64,000 nucleotides of DNA from Bacillota bacterium. GTDB taxonomy: Bacteria > Sysuimicrobiota > Sysuimicrobiia > Sysuimicrobiales > Segetimicrobiaceae. The position numbers and the translations under genes are program-made. Within the stretch, counting starts at the first letter, position 1, and every line of letters starts with the position of its first letter. Of this stretch, positions 19,042-28,092 are shown one piece after another. The stretch spans positions 26,422 through 90,421 of the forward strand of contig JAJPJL010000128.1 of assembly GCA_021324255.1 (NCBI GenBank), given 5' to 3'. A model generated the notes under the pieces. The model was not told where the DNA came from, made no database searches, and was given only the letters and a program-made list of their open reading frames with translations.

Positions 19042-20213
19042 GCGTCGCCCGTGGAGACCGGATCCGCGCGGCCGGGCCCGGCCCCGGCCACACGGTGCAC
19101 GATCCCCTTGGCGCCGAGGATCGCCTCGGCCGCGGCGAAGTAGTCGCGCACGTCGGCCTGCCGCCGGACCCATGCCAGATACCGCTCGAGGCCGGCGGGG
19201 AGACCGGTGCGCGGGGTAAAGCCCGCGGCGCGAGCCCGCGAGATGTCCGCGGTGAGGTGCCGGATCTCGCCCGGGCGGAACTCCCCGCGCAGGACCGGCG
19301 GGATCCGGCGGCCGAGCGCGCCGGCGAGCGCCTCGTAGAGGTCGTGGATGGCGGTCGCCGTCCCGCTGCCGACGTTGACCGGCACCCCGTCCCACGCCGA
19401 GGTCGTGGCGGCGAGCAGGTTGGCCTCGGCGATATCCTCCACGAAACAAAAGTCGCGCGTCTGCGCGCCGTCCTCGTAGATCACGGCGGGACGGCCGTTG
19501 AGCAGGCGCGTGCAGAAGATCGCGATGACCCCGGTGTACGGGTTGAACAGCGACTGCCGGGGCCCGTAGGTGCACGAGTACCGCAGGGCGACCGCGGGGA
19601 TGCCGGTCTGCTCGGCCCACGACAGGACGAGGCGTTCCTGCGCCACCTTGCTGATGGCATAGGGGGTCGCGCCGCACAACGGCGCGTCCTCGCCCGTCGG
19701 CACCGAGACCGTCCGCCCGCGGCAGCGCGGACAGTGGACCGTGAAGTCGCCGGCCCGCAACTGCGCCACCGGCCGCACCGGGGGATAGACCGTCCCATGC
19801 ACCGGGCAGGCGACCGCGCCCTCGGCGTACACCACCTGGGAGGACGCCACGATGACCTTGCGGACCGGCAACCGTTCGTCCCGGATCAGCTCCAAAAGCA
19901 GCGCCGTGCCGACGACGTTGACGTCGGCGTACTTCGCGATCTCCGGCATGAACCCGCCGTACGCCGCCTGGTGAAACACCACGTCGATGTCGCGGAGCGC
20001 CGCCAGCACGAGCGCGCGGTCCCGGATGTCTCCCTCCACGAACTCGGCGGCATCCGGCACCCACGCGGGCCGGCCGTGCCGGTGGGTCTGCGGCTCGAGA
20101 CGATCGAGGACGCGAACGCGCCACCCGTCTTGCAGCAGCCGGTCGACGATGTGCGACCCGATCAACCCCGCGCCGCCCGTGACGAGCGCGCGCCGCCCCA
20201 CCCGTTCCCCCAT
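19038..20213 (-). CDS. NAD-dependent epimerase/dehydratase (extended SDR) with a CxxH...CxxC insertion
   Basis: TGGAGLIGS, YAISK, YGPRQ..NPYTGV; CPVHG...CPRC insert. Confidence 0.92.
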   Translation of the reverse strand: MGERVGRRALVTGGAGLIGSHIVDRLLQDGWRVRVLDRLEPQTHRHGRPAWVPDAAEFVEGDIRDRALVLAALRDIDVVFHQAAYGGFMPEIAKYADVNVVGTALLLELIRDERLPVRKVIVASSQVVYAEGAVACPVHGTVYPPVRPVAQLRAGDFTVHCPRCRGRTVSVPTGEDAPLCGATPYAISKVAQERLVLSWAEQTGIPAVALRYSCTYGPRQSLFNPYTGVIAIFCTRLLNGRPAVIYEDGAQTRDFCFVEDIAEANLLAATTSAWDGVPVNVGSGTATAIHDLYEALAGALGRRIPPVLRGEFRPGEIRHLTADISRARAAGFTPRTGLPAGLERYLAWVRRQADVRDYFAAAEAILGAKGIVHRVAGAGPGRADPVSTGDA

Positions 20214-21617
20214 TCACGTCTCCCTTCGAAGCACCGGCGATCCCGGGCGCCGGCGGTGTGCGGCCCGCAGCGCGCCGCGCCGCAGGCGCCCCCGGATCTC
20301 CGCCCCGAATCGCTCCGCGAGCGCCAAGCCCGCCGTCGGGCCATAGAGCGCGATATCGAACGCCAGCATCTCGTCGTTGATGCCGAACCACGGCCGGTAC
20401 CACAACGCCGAGAAGAGCCACAGGGCTGCGCCGGTCATGTAGAGGAGCGCGATCCGCGGCGTGAAACAGGCGAGCGCCACGAGCCATCCGAAGTACCAGA
20501 GGTAGTGCGTCGACAGGAGCACGAGGAACGCGGCGGCGACCGTGGCGCCGTAGCCGAGGTCGCCGAGCGCCGTCCGGCGCTCGGTGCGCCAGACACGATA
20601 CGCGAGCAGGAACAGCATGAGCAGCGCCGCGCCGGCATACGCCGCGACGGGCGCGGCCACGCCTGCCAGCCGGGCCAGCGTCAGGCCGAGGAACCGGTCG
20701 CCGGTGACGATGCCTTCCTCCGCGGCGTAGCCCGGCAGAAACCCGATCACCCCGGTCCCGACGCCGAGATACGGCAGATACCCGGCCGCGACGGTCGCCG
20801 CCAGCGCCGCCGGCATCTTCCATGTGCCGCGCCGGTAAAATGCGAGCACGAGGAGGGCGGGATACAGTTTCACCAGCGTGGCGCAGCCGAGCGCGATACC
20901 GGTGAGGCTCTCCCGGCGGCGCAGGTGCGCCAGCACCGCCACGAGGATGAAGGTGATCGCCGCGGCGTCGATGTGACCGTCCCCCGCGTACTGCCACAGG
21001 ACCAACGGATGCCAGGCGTACAGCAAGACGCGCTCCCGCGGCAGGCCGGCCAGGCCGAGCGTGAGGCACAACAGCCACACGGTCCCGCCCTCGAACGCGA
21101 CCACCGCCGCCTTCATCGCCGTCACCGTCTGGCTGACCCGCGTCACCGCGAGGAAGATCGCCTGCGCCGCCGGCGGGTAGATCGTGTGCGCGTAGTCCCG
21201 CCGGCTGACGTGCGGGTAGATCGCCGCGTCGCGCAGCCCGGCGAGCGCCGGATCCGCCGGCACGTACCGGTATGGATTGACGCCGGCGCCCTGCACGCGC
21301 CCGTCCCAAATGTACCGGTAGATGTCCGCGGAAAACTTCGGCGGGCTCAGAACAAGCGGGATGCGGCACAGGAGCGCGACGAGCAGGATCACGGTGAGGC
21401 CGCCTCTGGCGACCCGCCCGGTGAGGACCATCCACGCCGCGCCGCCGAACAACAGCGTCTGTGCGAGCGCCAGGGTCCGCACGGCGAAGATATCGGGGAT
21501 GTGCGCGCGCTCGCCGTAGACGTACGACGCCACCGTGAGCGCGCCGAGACCCGCGAGCACCGCGGTCCCGGCGGCCGGCCGCACCCCGTTACCGCGGAAG
21601 GCCGGCGCGATCGCCAC
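20214..21617 (-). CDS. GT87/DUF2029-like polytopic membrane glycosyltransferase (GT-C fold)
   Basis: SADIYRYIWDGRVQ..NPYRY.P, TIYPP, YAWHPL..GHID, VKLYP; many TM helices. Confidence 0.82.
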   Translation of the reverse strand: MAIAPAFRGNGVRPAAGTAVLAGLGALTVASYVYGERAHIPDIFAVRTLALAQTLLFGGAAWMVLTGRVARGGLTVILLVALLCRIPLVLSPPKFSADIYRYIWDGRVQGAGVNPYRYVPADPALAGLRDAAIYPHVSRRDYAHTIYPPAAQAIFLAVTRVSQTVTAMKAAVVAFEGGTVWLLCLTLGLAGLPRERVLLYAWHPLVLWQYAGDGHIDAAAITFILVAVLAHLRRRESLTGIALGCATLVKLYPALLVLAFYRRGTWKMPAALAATVAAGYLPYLGVGTGVIGFLPGYAAEEGIVTGDRFLGLTLARLAGVAAPVAAYAGAALLMLFLLAYRVWRTERRTALGDLGYGATVAAAFLVLLSTHYLWYFGWLVALACFTPRIALLYMTGAALWLFSALWYRPWFGINDEMLAFDIALYGPTAGLALAERFGAEIRGRLRRGALRAAHRRRPGSPVLRRET

Positions 21618-22404
21618 GACGCTCGCCGGTCACGGATGGCGGCGCCCAGATGCGTTCCCGCGCGTGCGCGAGCAGCTGCGAGAGATACCGGCGGGTGTGG
21701 GGTGCCGGAGATCCCCGGCCCCCGTGCCCGTCGAAGCACTCCCGGCACAGGCGGCGCAGGCTCGGCGCATCGTCGACGTCATACCACCTCGGCAGGACCT
21801 CGACCCGCACGCCGGCCTCGGCGGCGCGCGCGAGCGTTTGCGCGAATACGGCCTCCGTCCCCCACGCGATGCCGGCAAACAGCCGCGGGTCCGGCGCCGT
21901 CATGCCGATCAGGTAGTAGCCGCCGTCGTCCGCGGGACCGATGACCACGCAGTCGGGATCGCGCGCCAGCAGCCCCGCCGCTTCCGTGAACACCGCCGGG
22001 GACAGGGTCGGGCTGTCGGAGCCGACCAGGCAAAGGGCGGCGTACCCGGCGTCCCGCAAGTCCGCCGCCGCGCCATACAATCGCTCGCCGAGCGTGCCGC
22101 CGCGCTGGAGAACCCGATGGAACTCGGGGGGCACGAGCGCGTCGAATACCGCCTCGCTCCCGGCCGGTGTGTACACCACCGCCCCCTCGCATGCCCCGGC
22201 GGCGCACGCCGCCGTGATGGCGGCTGCGGTATCGCGAAGAAAGCACGCGTGGAGCGCGGCGGCCTCGGCCGGCGATAGCGGCGGCGTCAGTCGGGTCTTG
22301 ACGCGCCCGGGGAGCGGCGCTTTGGTCATGATCCCGATCGCACACCGGCCGGGGTGGGACGACCCCGGGCGACCCGCGGGGCGGCGCCGCATGCCGCTTG
22401 TCAT
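21589..22404 (-). CDS. DUF2064 / TIGR04282-like (CofC-like GT-A fold) transferase
   Basis: MTKAPLPGRVKTRL, QRGGTLGERL, VGSDSPTL, IGPADDGGYYLIG, WYDVDD. Confidence 0.9.
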   Translation of the reverse strand: MTSGMRRRPAGRPGSSHPGRCAIGIMTKAPLPGRVKTRLTPPLSPAEAAALHACFLRDTAAAITAACAAGACEGAVVYTPAGSEAVFDALVPPEFHRVLQRGGTLGERLYGAAADLRDAGYAALCLVGSDSPTLSPAVFTEAAGLLARDPDCVVIGPADDGGYYLIGMTAPDPRLFAGIAWGTEAVFAQTLARAAEAGVRVEVLPRWYDVDDAPSLRRLCRECFDGHGGRGSPAPHTRRYLSQLLAHARERIWAPPSVTGERRGDRAGLPR

Positions 22405-22817
22405 TTGACCACGGTCGTCTCGTCGGCGCCCTTGGGAATCAACTCGGCCGCCGAGATGCGGGCGGGGCTCGCGCTCCGGTTGATGAGGGCGTGCACGTCC
22501 CCGGGCACCTCGAGGAAGCTCTCGCCGGTCTTGATGACGCGTTCGCCGCCGCCGCGCTGCAGCACGAGCTGGCCGGACACGACGGTCACCACCACGGGGC
22601 CGCCGTGCACGTGCCGCGGCGTCGCGCTGCCGGGCGGGAAATCCACGACGAAGTCGTAGAGATCGTAGTCGCCGGCCGTCACGGACACGGGGAACGCGGC
22701 CACGGTCACCGTCCGGGGCGACGCGCCCGGAGCGGCGGCCCGCACGGTCTCGATCACGGAACCGGCGAGCAACGCGCCCAGCGCCGCCGCCAGCACATAC
22801 CATCGCCGGACTGGCAT
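22401..22817 (-). CDS. Exported cupin domain protein
   Basis: Signal peptide; FPPGSATPRHVHGG...GESFLE.PGDVH. Confidence 0.85.
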   Translation of the reverse strand: MPVRRWYVLAAALGALLAGSVIETVRAAAPGASPRTVTVAAFPVSVTAGDYDLYDFVVDFPPGSATPRHVHGGPVVVTVVSGQLVLQRGGGERVIKTGESFLEVPGDVHALINRSASPARISAAELIPKGADETTVVK

Positions 22818-22874
22818 CTCGCTCCTCCTCTCGCACGTCCCGCGCGTTGCCGTGCGGCCGGGCGCGGCCGGCGC

Positions 22875-23939
22875 TTAGCGGGCGCCCTCGCGGGCCATCA
22901 CGACCGTCGTGCAGGAACTGCTCAGCTTCGGCAGGTCGCGCGCGCCGGCGGATCGCACCGCGAGCCGTATCCGGTCGCCGCGCACGATCGGGCAGTACAT
23001 GTCGGGGGCATCCAGCGCACCCTGCAACCGCCGGCGCCCGGCGCACCCGCCGTGACAGGCCGCGCGGTGCTCGCACGCTTGACAGGCCTCGGGGAGCGCG
23101 CGCGCCTGTGCGAACGGCTCGGTGTTCACGATGTCGCGCCCCAGGCGCAGGCCCTCGCGGAGCGGCTCGCCGGGCCCCGGCCAGTAGACGCACGGCTGTG
23201 TCGTGCCGCGCGGGGTGACCCGCACCGTGCTCACGCCGCATCCGCCCGCCGGCGCCGGGAGCCCGGCCATGGCGCGCACCAACGGCTCGCCGATCGCGAT
23301 GACGTCCGTCTCCGCAAACAGCGCCCGAAACCCGTCCCAGTACTCCTCGTACGTCAGCGCATACGCGTCGGAGCGCACGGCTTGGTACACATTCACCCGC
23401 AGGGGCGCACGGAACTTGGCGGCGACGCGCGCCACCTCCGCGAGGCGGCGATAGTTGGACTTCATCATCACCGCGACGATGGTCACGGGCACGCCGGCGC
23501 GCACGCAGCGCGCCGCCTGCTCGTGGATCAGGGCCCAGTTGCCGGCGCCCCGCTGCGCGTCCTGTTCGTCCGCCGTCGGATAATCGAGCGAGAACTCGAC
23601 GTCGTGAAAGGCGCGCAGCTCCGCGTCCGAGAGCACGGCCACGCTGTAGCCGTTTGAGGTGATCGTCAGTTTGACCGGCTGAGCGCGCAGGTACGCGAGG
23701 ATGGCCCTGAAGTCGGGGTGCAGCCCGTTCTCGCCCGTGCCCAAGTTGACCGACTGTACGGGGAGCCGCGCCATCACGGCCCGGACCTGATCCAGCGTGA
23801 GCCGGTCCACGCGCGCCGGATCCCGGTAGCAGAATGCGCACGCCAAGTTGCACTCGTTCGTCAGGCCGAGTCCCAGCGCCACCCCGGGCGGGGCCGTGCG
23901 CGCCTCCGATGCCGGCGCGGGGGCGCGGGTGTCGGACAT
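22875..23939 (-). CDS. Radical SAM protein with a C-terminal SPASM domain
   Basis: CNLACAFC (CxxxCxxC); CG...G.TQPC...CQAC.....CHGGC...YCP; GGAGG RBS. Confidence 0.92.
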   Translation of the reverse strand: MSDTRAPAPASEARTAPPGVALGLGLTNECNLACAFCYRDPARVDRLTLDQVRAVMARLPVQSVNLGTGENGLHPDFRAILAYLRAQPVKLTITSNGYSVAVLSDAELRAFHDVEFSLDYPTADEQDAQRGAGNWALIHEQAARCVRAGVPVTIVAVMMKSNYRRLAEVARVAAKFRAPLRVNVYQAVRSDAYALTYEEYWDGFRALFAETDVIAIGEPLVRAMAGLPAPAGGCGVSTVRVTPRGTTQPCVYWPGPGEPLREGLRLGRDIVNTEPFAQARALPEACQACEHRAACHGGCAGRRRLQGALDAPDMYCPIVRGDRIRLAVRSAGARDLPKLSSSCTTVVMAREGAR

Positions 23940-24097
23940 CACACGCCTCCGTTCTCGCGGGCCCGGGCACGGGGCCTCGCCGGCACGTGCGTGTAGCGCG
24001 CGAGCGCCGAAACCCCGGCGCGCATGCCCAGCGCCTGTTCGCATGCCACCACGCGCGCGTCCCCCGCGCGCCCCACCGTGCGACGCTCCGCGGTCAC
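23939..24097 (-). CDS. Possible 52-aa ORF translationally coupled on both sides
   Basis: GTG start overlaps the DoxX-like stop (GTGA); TGA overlaps the radical SAM ATG (TGATG). Confidence 0.35.
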   Translation of the reverse strand: MTAERRTVGRAGDARVVACEQALGMRAGVSALARYTHVPARPRARARENGGV

Positions 24098-24729
24098 GAC
24101 AAGAGCCTCAGCACGCGCCCCCACGCCGTGTCCCGCGCCCGATCCGCATGCCGCAGCAAGATCGCGTCGATCCCCAGGCTGCGACCCGGCCGGGAGAGCA
24201 TGAACAGGAGCTGGATGACGATCAGGAACACGTATGTCCAGGGCCACTCGTACGGGTCGCGGTACAGACCCAACCACAGGTTCAGCGCCGCCAGGAGCCC
24301 GAGCACCGCGCCGAGCCGGCTGAACAGCCCGACAATGAGCAAGACCGCGATGAGGACTTCCCCGAGGTAGACTTGCGGGGCAAACACGTAGAAGTGCGGT
24401 TGCACCACGTGTTTGATGAAGTCCCGATGCCCGCCGAACGCCGCATACTGCGCCATCTGGCCAACCCAAAAGCGGAGCCCGCCGGACCCGTCCGGACGAT
24501 CGGTGTACGTCGGCGGGAGCTTCCACAGCGTCTGCGTCCACCACATCGTGCCCACGGCGAAGCGCGCGACCCACGTCCAAAATCGCCGGCCGGAGCGCTG
24601 ATCGGGATCGCGGCGCCAATTGGCCCAGGCCGCGATCACGCTCACGATGACGAGAATCCAGAACACGCCCGTGGTCCACCGTGGCTGCGTCAGGAATCCG
24701 ACCGCGTCGGCGAACGGCGTGGTCCGCAC
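24094..24729 (-). CDS. DoxX/DoxD-like membrane protein
   Basis: RFAVGTMWWTQTLWKLPP...EVLIAVLLIVGLFSRLG...EWPWTY; several TM helices. Confidence 0.75.
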   Translation of the reverse strand: MRTTPFADAVGFLTQPRWTTGVFWILVIVSVIAAWANWRRDPDQRSGRRFWTWVARFAVGTMWWTQTLWKLPPTYTDRPDGSGGLRFWVGQMAQYAAFGGHRDFIKHVVQPHFYVFAPQVYLGEVLIAVLLIVGLFSRLGAVLGLLAALNLWLGLYRDPYEWPWTYVFLIVIQLLFMLSRPGRSLGIDAILLRHADRARDTAWGRVLRLLS

Positions 24730-24741
24730 GGATGCCCGGCC

Positions 24742-25824
24742 TCAGAACCGGAGGAGCTGGGCGGCGACCCCGGCGACCAGCCCGAGACACGCCACCGACG
24801 CCGCGGTCAGGGCCAAGACCCGGACCGGCAGCACACGCCCCATCATCACGAGCGAGGGCAGGCTCACCGGGGCGAGCGTGGTCAACAGGACCGCCGCCCC
24901 GCCCGGGCCGAGCCCAAAGGACATCAGCGTCTGAACGATGGGAACCTCCCCGGCCGTCGGGATGACAAACACCGTGCCGGCGACGGCCAGCAGCGGCAGC
25001 ACGAGAGCGCTATGCCCGATCGCGGGGGTCACCGCGGGGAACATCCACCCCCGCACCGCCCCGAGCGCGAGGACGACGATCACGTATTCGGGAACGAGCC
25101 CCGAGCAGAGCTGCCACAGGGCCCGCCCCCAGCGGCGCACCAGCGACCGGGCATCGTAGGCCTCGGGCGCCCGTCCGGCCGGCGTCGCGGCCGGCGGCGT
25201 CACGGCCACGGCCCGCTCGGCGAGATACGCGGCGCCCAGGACGAGCACGACGCCGGCGGCGACGCGGAGCGCGACCCAACGCCACCCGAGCACGAACCCC
25301 ATGAAAATCATGGTCGCGGGATTGAGGGTGGGATTGCCGAGCCAGTACGCGACGGTGGCGCCGGGGGATGCGCGGCTGGCCCGGAGTCCGACCGCGACCG
25401 GCGCGGCGCAGCAGGTGCACATCATCGACGGCACCGACGCGCCGCCGGCGAGCACCGTACTCAGCCACCCCGCCTTGCCGAGCGCCCGCGCCGGCCATTC
25501 GCGCGGCAGCAGGACCTGCACGGCCGAGCCCACCAGCAGGCCGAGCACCATCGCCTGCCAGATGGCGCCGAAGTACGCGACCGTGAACGACCACGCCGCC
25601 GGCCATCCGACCGCCGGGGGCGCCGCTCCCGAGCCGGTGATGATCGAGGGGCCGATGCTGTGCCGCGCGATGGCGGTGAACGTTTTGTGAACGTACGGGC
25701 TCCACTTGACGTAGTACAAGCCCGCAACGGTCATGATGAAGAACAGAGCGATGGCCCACGGCATCAGGCGCATGCCCGCCGCCGGGATGCCCTCGTCCCG
25801 TTCAACAGCCACCGACTGGCCCAC
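24742..25824 (-). CDS. DUF318 (ArsP_1/YraQ-like) permease
   Basis: GLYYVKWSPY, PSMMCTCCAAP, GNPTLNPAT, FVIPTAGEVPI, SLPSL. Confidence 0.88.
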   Translation of the reverse strand: MGQSVAVERDEGIPAAGMRLMPWAIALFFIMTVAGLYYVKWSPYVHKTFTAIARHSIGPSIITGSGAAPPAVGWPAAWSFTVAYFGAIWQAMVLGLLVGSAVQVLLPREWPARALGKAGWLSTVLAGGASVPSMMCTCCAAPVAVGLRASRASPGATVAYWLGNPTLNPATMIFMGFVLGWRWVALRVAAGVVLVLGAAYLAERAVAVTPPAATPAGRAPEAYDARSLVRRWGRALWQLCSGLVPEYVIVVLALGAVRGWMFPAVTPAIGHSALVLPLLAVAGTVFVIPTAGEVPIVQTLMSFGLGPGGAAVLLTTLAPVSLPSLVMMGRVLPVRVLALTAASVACLGLVAGVAAQLLRF

Positions 25825-25947
25825 CGTGCGTCACCTCAGTCCGACGTAGCGCGTCGTTGCGCCCATTCGTTTCCATAGGGATCGCGCCCGCCAACCCCCG
25901 GGCCCGGAGCATCCGGCGGCGCGGGCATGCGGCTGTGCTCCCCGCGC

Positions 25948-25981
25948 CACTGTACGTGGCCCCTGTAAAGGAATGTTAAAG
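25948..25981 (-). promoter_or_regulatory. Shared promoter/operator motif, copy 1: CTTTAAC-attc-CTTTACA-N8-GTACAGTG
   Basis: Direct repeat with an 11-bp period plus a TACAGT -10-like box, upstream of the permease operon; same architecture at 27901-27934. Confidence 0.75.
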
Positions 25982-26034
25982 GTCTCGCGACGGTCTCACG
26001 ATGGTGCCGCGGGCGCGGCGGCCGCGCGAGCGCA

Positions 26035-27846
26035 TCAATCGCGCCGTGCAAGGCGGACGTAATACGGCGTCGCACCGACACGGCGCCACCCCCGGGGAAC
26101 GTGGCCCGGCGGGACGTCCTCGGTGACGATGGCCCTGACGCCGGCCGACGCGAGCGCGCGGAGCGTCCGGCGCTGCGCGCCGGGGGGCGCTGTCCAAAAG
26201 GCCCGCACCGCCTCGTCGGGCACCTCGGCGACCACGCGCACTCGAGCCAGCCTCGCCCAGTAGTCGGGGAACGCCGTGCCGATCACCGCCACGGCGTCGC
26301 CCCCCCGGACCCCCATGGCGCGCAGGCCGGCGGCGACCTGCGCCGGCGCAGGCTGCGCCGGGGCGGCAATGCTGCGGAGCGACTCGAGACCGCGGCTCAG
26401 GAGCATGACCAGCGCGACCGTCACGAAGGCGCCCGCCACCGCGCGCACACCCGCGATGGTTCGCCCCCCTGCGGGGAGCCGCACCGCAGATAGCAGGCCC
26501 GCCCAGAGCAACACCATGAACAAGGCGACAAAGCGAGGCTCGACGTAGACGCAGATCAGCCCGGCCAGCCCGAGGCAGGCGAGCAGCAGGATCCCCCACA
26601 CGCGGGCCAGGCTCCGGACGAACCCCCGCGCCGATCCGCTCACCACCGCCCACCAGCACAGGGTAAGCATGACGAGGGTCGCGGCCCCATTGGTGACCAG
26701 CGCGATATGCGAGAGCCTCGTGAGGTTGACGGCGATCGTCGCGGCCACCTGGCCGGGCACGAAGCACGGTTCGATCCCGTCGTACCAATACGCGGGCGCG
26801 TACCACAGCGGATACGTGGTGCGAAAGGGCCCGGCAAACTCGTACACCGCGGGCGCGGCGGCGATGCGGCGGACCGGGTGCCTCGGCGCGCCGCAGGCGG
26901 GCGGTCCGCCTCGCCAGTGCACGTAGGGCACGCCGTCGACGTGGTAGGCGTAATTGAGGACCGCCGTGTCTCCCGCCGTCAGATGGCCCTCGTGCACGGA
27001 CAGCGCGACGATGAACGGCGCGGCGATCGCGACAAACACCGCGATGCCGAGCAACGCGGCGCGCTTCGCCGCGGGCTCGTGCGACACGGCCCACAGCGCC
27101 CCGAGGAGCACGACGGCCAGGGGCAGGATGAGCGCCCGGCTCAAGTAGCCCACAGCCAGCACGGCCCCGAGCGCGGGCAGGCGCCACGCGTCGGGTTTCA
27201 GGCCCTCGGGCCGGACCAACAAGGCCGCCGCAGCGTAGACGAGCGCGGCCGTCAGCAGGTCGGGCGCGACGACGGCGACGCCGGTGGCCACGAGCGATGC
27301 GGAGATGAACACCGGATACCCGATCGCAAACCAGGCCCACCGCGGCAGCGGCGCGAGGCCGTCGGCGCCGGGATGCCGCGCGTCCCGCTCGCTCCGCGCC
27401 AGCAGCGTGCGCAGGAAGGCGTCGAAGGAGAACAGCGCGGCCGCGTAGATCGCGAAGTTGACCGCGTGCACCACCGGGAACTCCCAGAAGAGACCCGGGC
27501 GCGCCGCGCGCAGGACGCCGCCGAGGAGCACGCCGTAGAGCGGGCTCCACAAGCCGTTCAGGGCGGTGTGCCAGTCGCCCCGCCAGAAGGCGTCGCCCAT
27601 GTCCAGGTAGGAGATGCCGTCCGGATTCATCGCGTTGCGCGACGCGACGGCGTCGAGGAATCCCAGGACCAGCCCCAGGGCAAGCAACAGCCGGCGCAGC
27701 GCCGTGGCGCGGGTCCGGGCCAGCGGGATGACCGGCGCGTCGGCGGCGGACTGCGGTCGCGGGATCTCCGCCCGGACGAGCGTGCCCCGGGTCGACCGCC
27801 CGTGTCGTCGCGCCGTCACCGCTCGTTCGGATGCGTCATGGTGCAC
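26035..27846 (-). CDS. Polytopic membrane protein, GT-C (ArnT/PMT-like) glycosyltransferase candidate
   Basis: First-loop NPDGISYLD...WSPLYG, PDLL, many TM helices, EPRF; start uncertain (27819 or 27846). Confidence 0.65.
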   Translation of the reverse strand: MHHDASERAVTARRHGRSTRGTLVRAEIPRPQSAADAPVIPLARTRATALRRLLLALGLVLGFLDAVASRNAMNPDGISYLDMGDAFWRGDWHTALNGLWSPLYGVLLGGVLRAARPGLFWEFPVVHAVNFAIYAAALFSFDAFLRTLLARSERDARHPGADGLAPLPRWAWFAIGYPVFISASLVATGVAVVAPDLLTAALVYAAAALLVRPEGLKPDAWRLPALGAVLAVGYLSRALILPLAVVLLGALWAVSHEPAAKRAALLGIAVFVAIAAPFIVALSVHEGHLTAGDTAVLNYAYHVDGVPYVHWRGGPPACGAPRHPVRRIAAAPAVYEFAGPFRTTYPLWYAPAYWYDGIEPCFVPGQVAATIAVNLTRLSHIALVTNGAATLVMLTLCWWAVVSGSARGFVRSLARVWGILLLACLGLAGLICVYVEPRFVALFMVLLWAGLLSAVRLPAGGRTIAGVRAVAGAFVTVALVMLLSRGLESLRSIAAPAQPAPAQVAAGLRAMGVRGGDAVAVIGTAFPDYWARLARVRVVAEVPDEAVRAFWTAPPGAQRRTLRALASAGVRAIVTEDVPPGHVPRGWRRVGATPYYVRLARRD

Positions 27847-27900
27847 GAGACGGGAATCGTCCCTCCGGGGAGTCTCCGCTGCAATGTCGTGGCGCAGTGG

Positions 27901-27934
27901 CACTGTACCGATCGGTTGTAAAGGTTGGTTAAAG
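27901..27934 (-). promoter_or_regulatory. Shared promoter/operator motif, copy 2: CTTTAAC-caac-CTTTACA-N8-GTACAGTG
   Basis: Same 22 fixed bases and same spacing as 25948-25981. Confidence 0.75.
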
Positions 27935-28092
27935 AACACCGCCCGCGTCGAGATGGAGCTCCGCAAGGCGCCGACCGAGATCGAGCATCGTGACCGTTCG
28001 ACGGGGTGAAGACGGGCGGGCCGCCGGCGAGGCCGGTGCGGTCTCACGCGTCGGGCCGTGGTCGAGGATTCGTGTTCGCCGCCGGCGCAGGC

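Noticed and set aside
18301..21435. 1044-aa ORF suggesting a giant GT2 fusion, and the 793-aa ORF 21589-23970
   Set aside because: Only the 3' parts (18301-19041 and 21589-22404) carry family motifs; the upstream parts overlap real genes in other frames
19095..21944. 949-aa plus-strand ORF and similar long ORFs (13640-15946, 23848-25878, 29829-31625, 5067-6956)
   Set aside because: Antisense shadows of clear genes; Arg/Gly/Ala-rich with no motifs, as expected in high-GC DNA
18301..25824. Canonical arsenosugar or selenium-sugar biosynthesis cluster
   Set aside because: No ArsM methyltransferase, selenophosphate synthetase or recognisable ArsS/SenB gene in the window; kept only as a related-family clue
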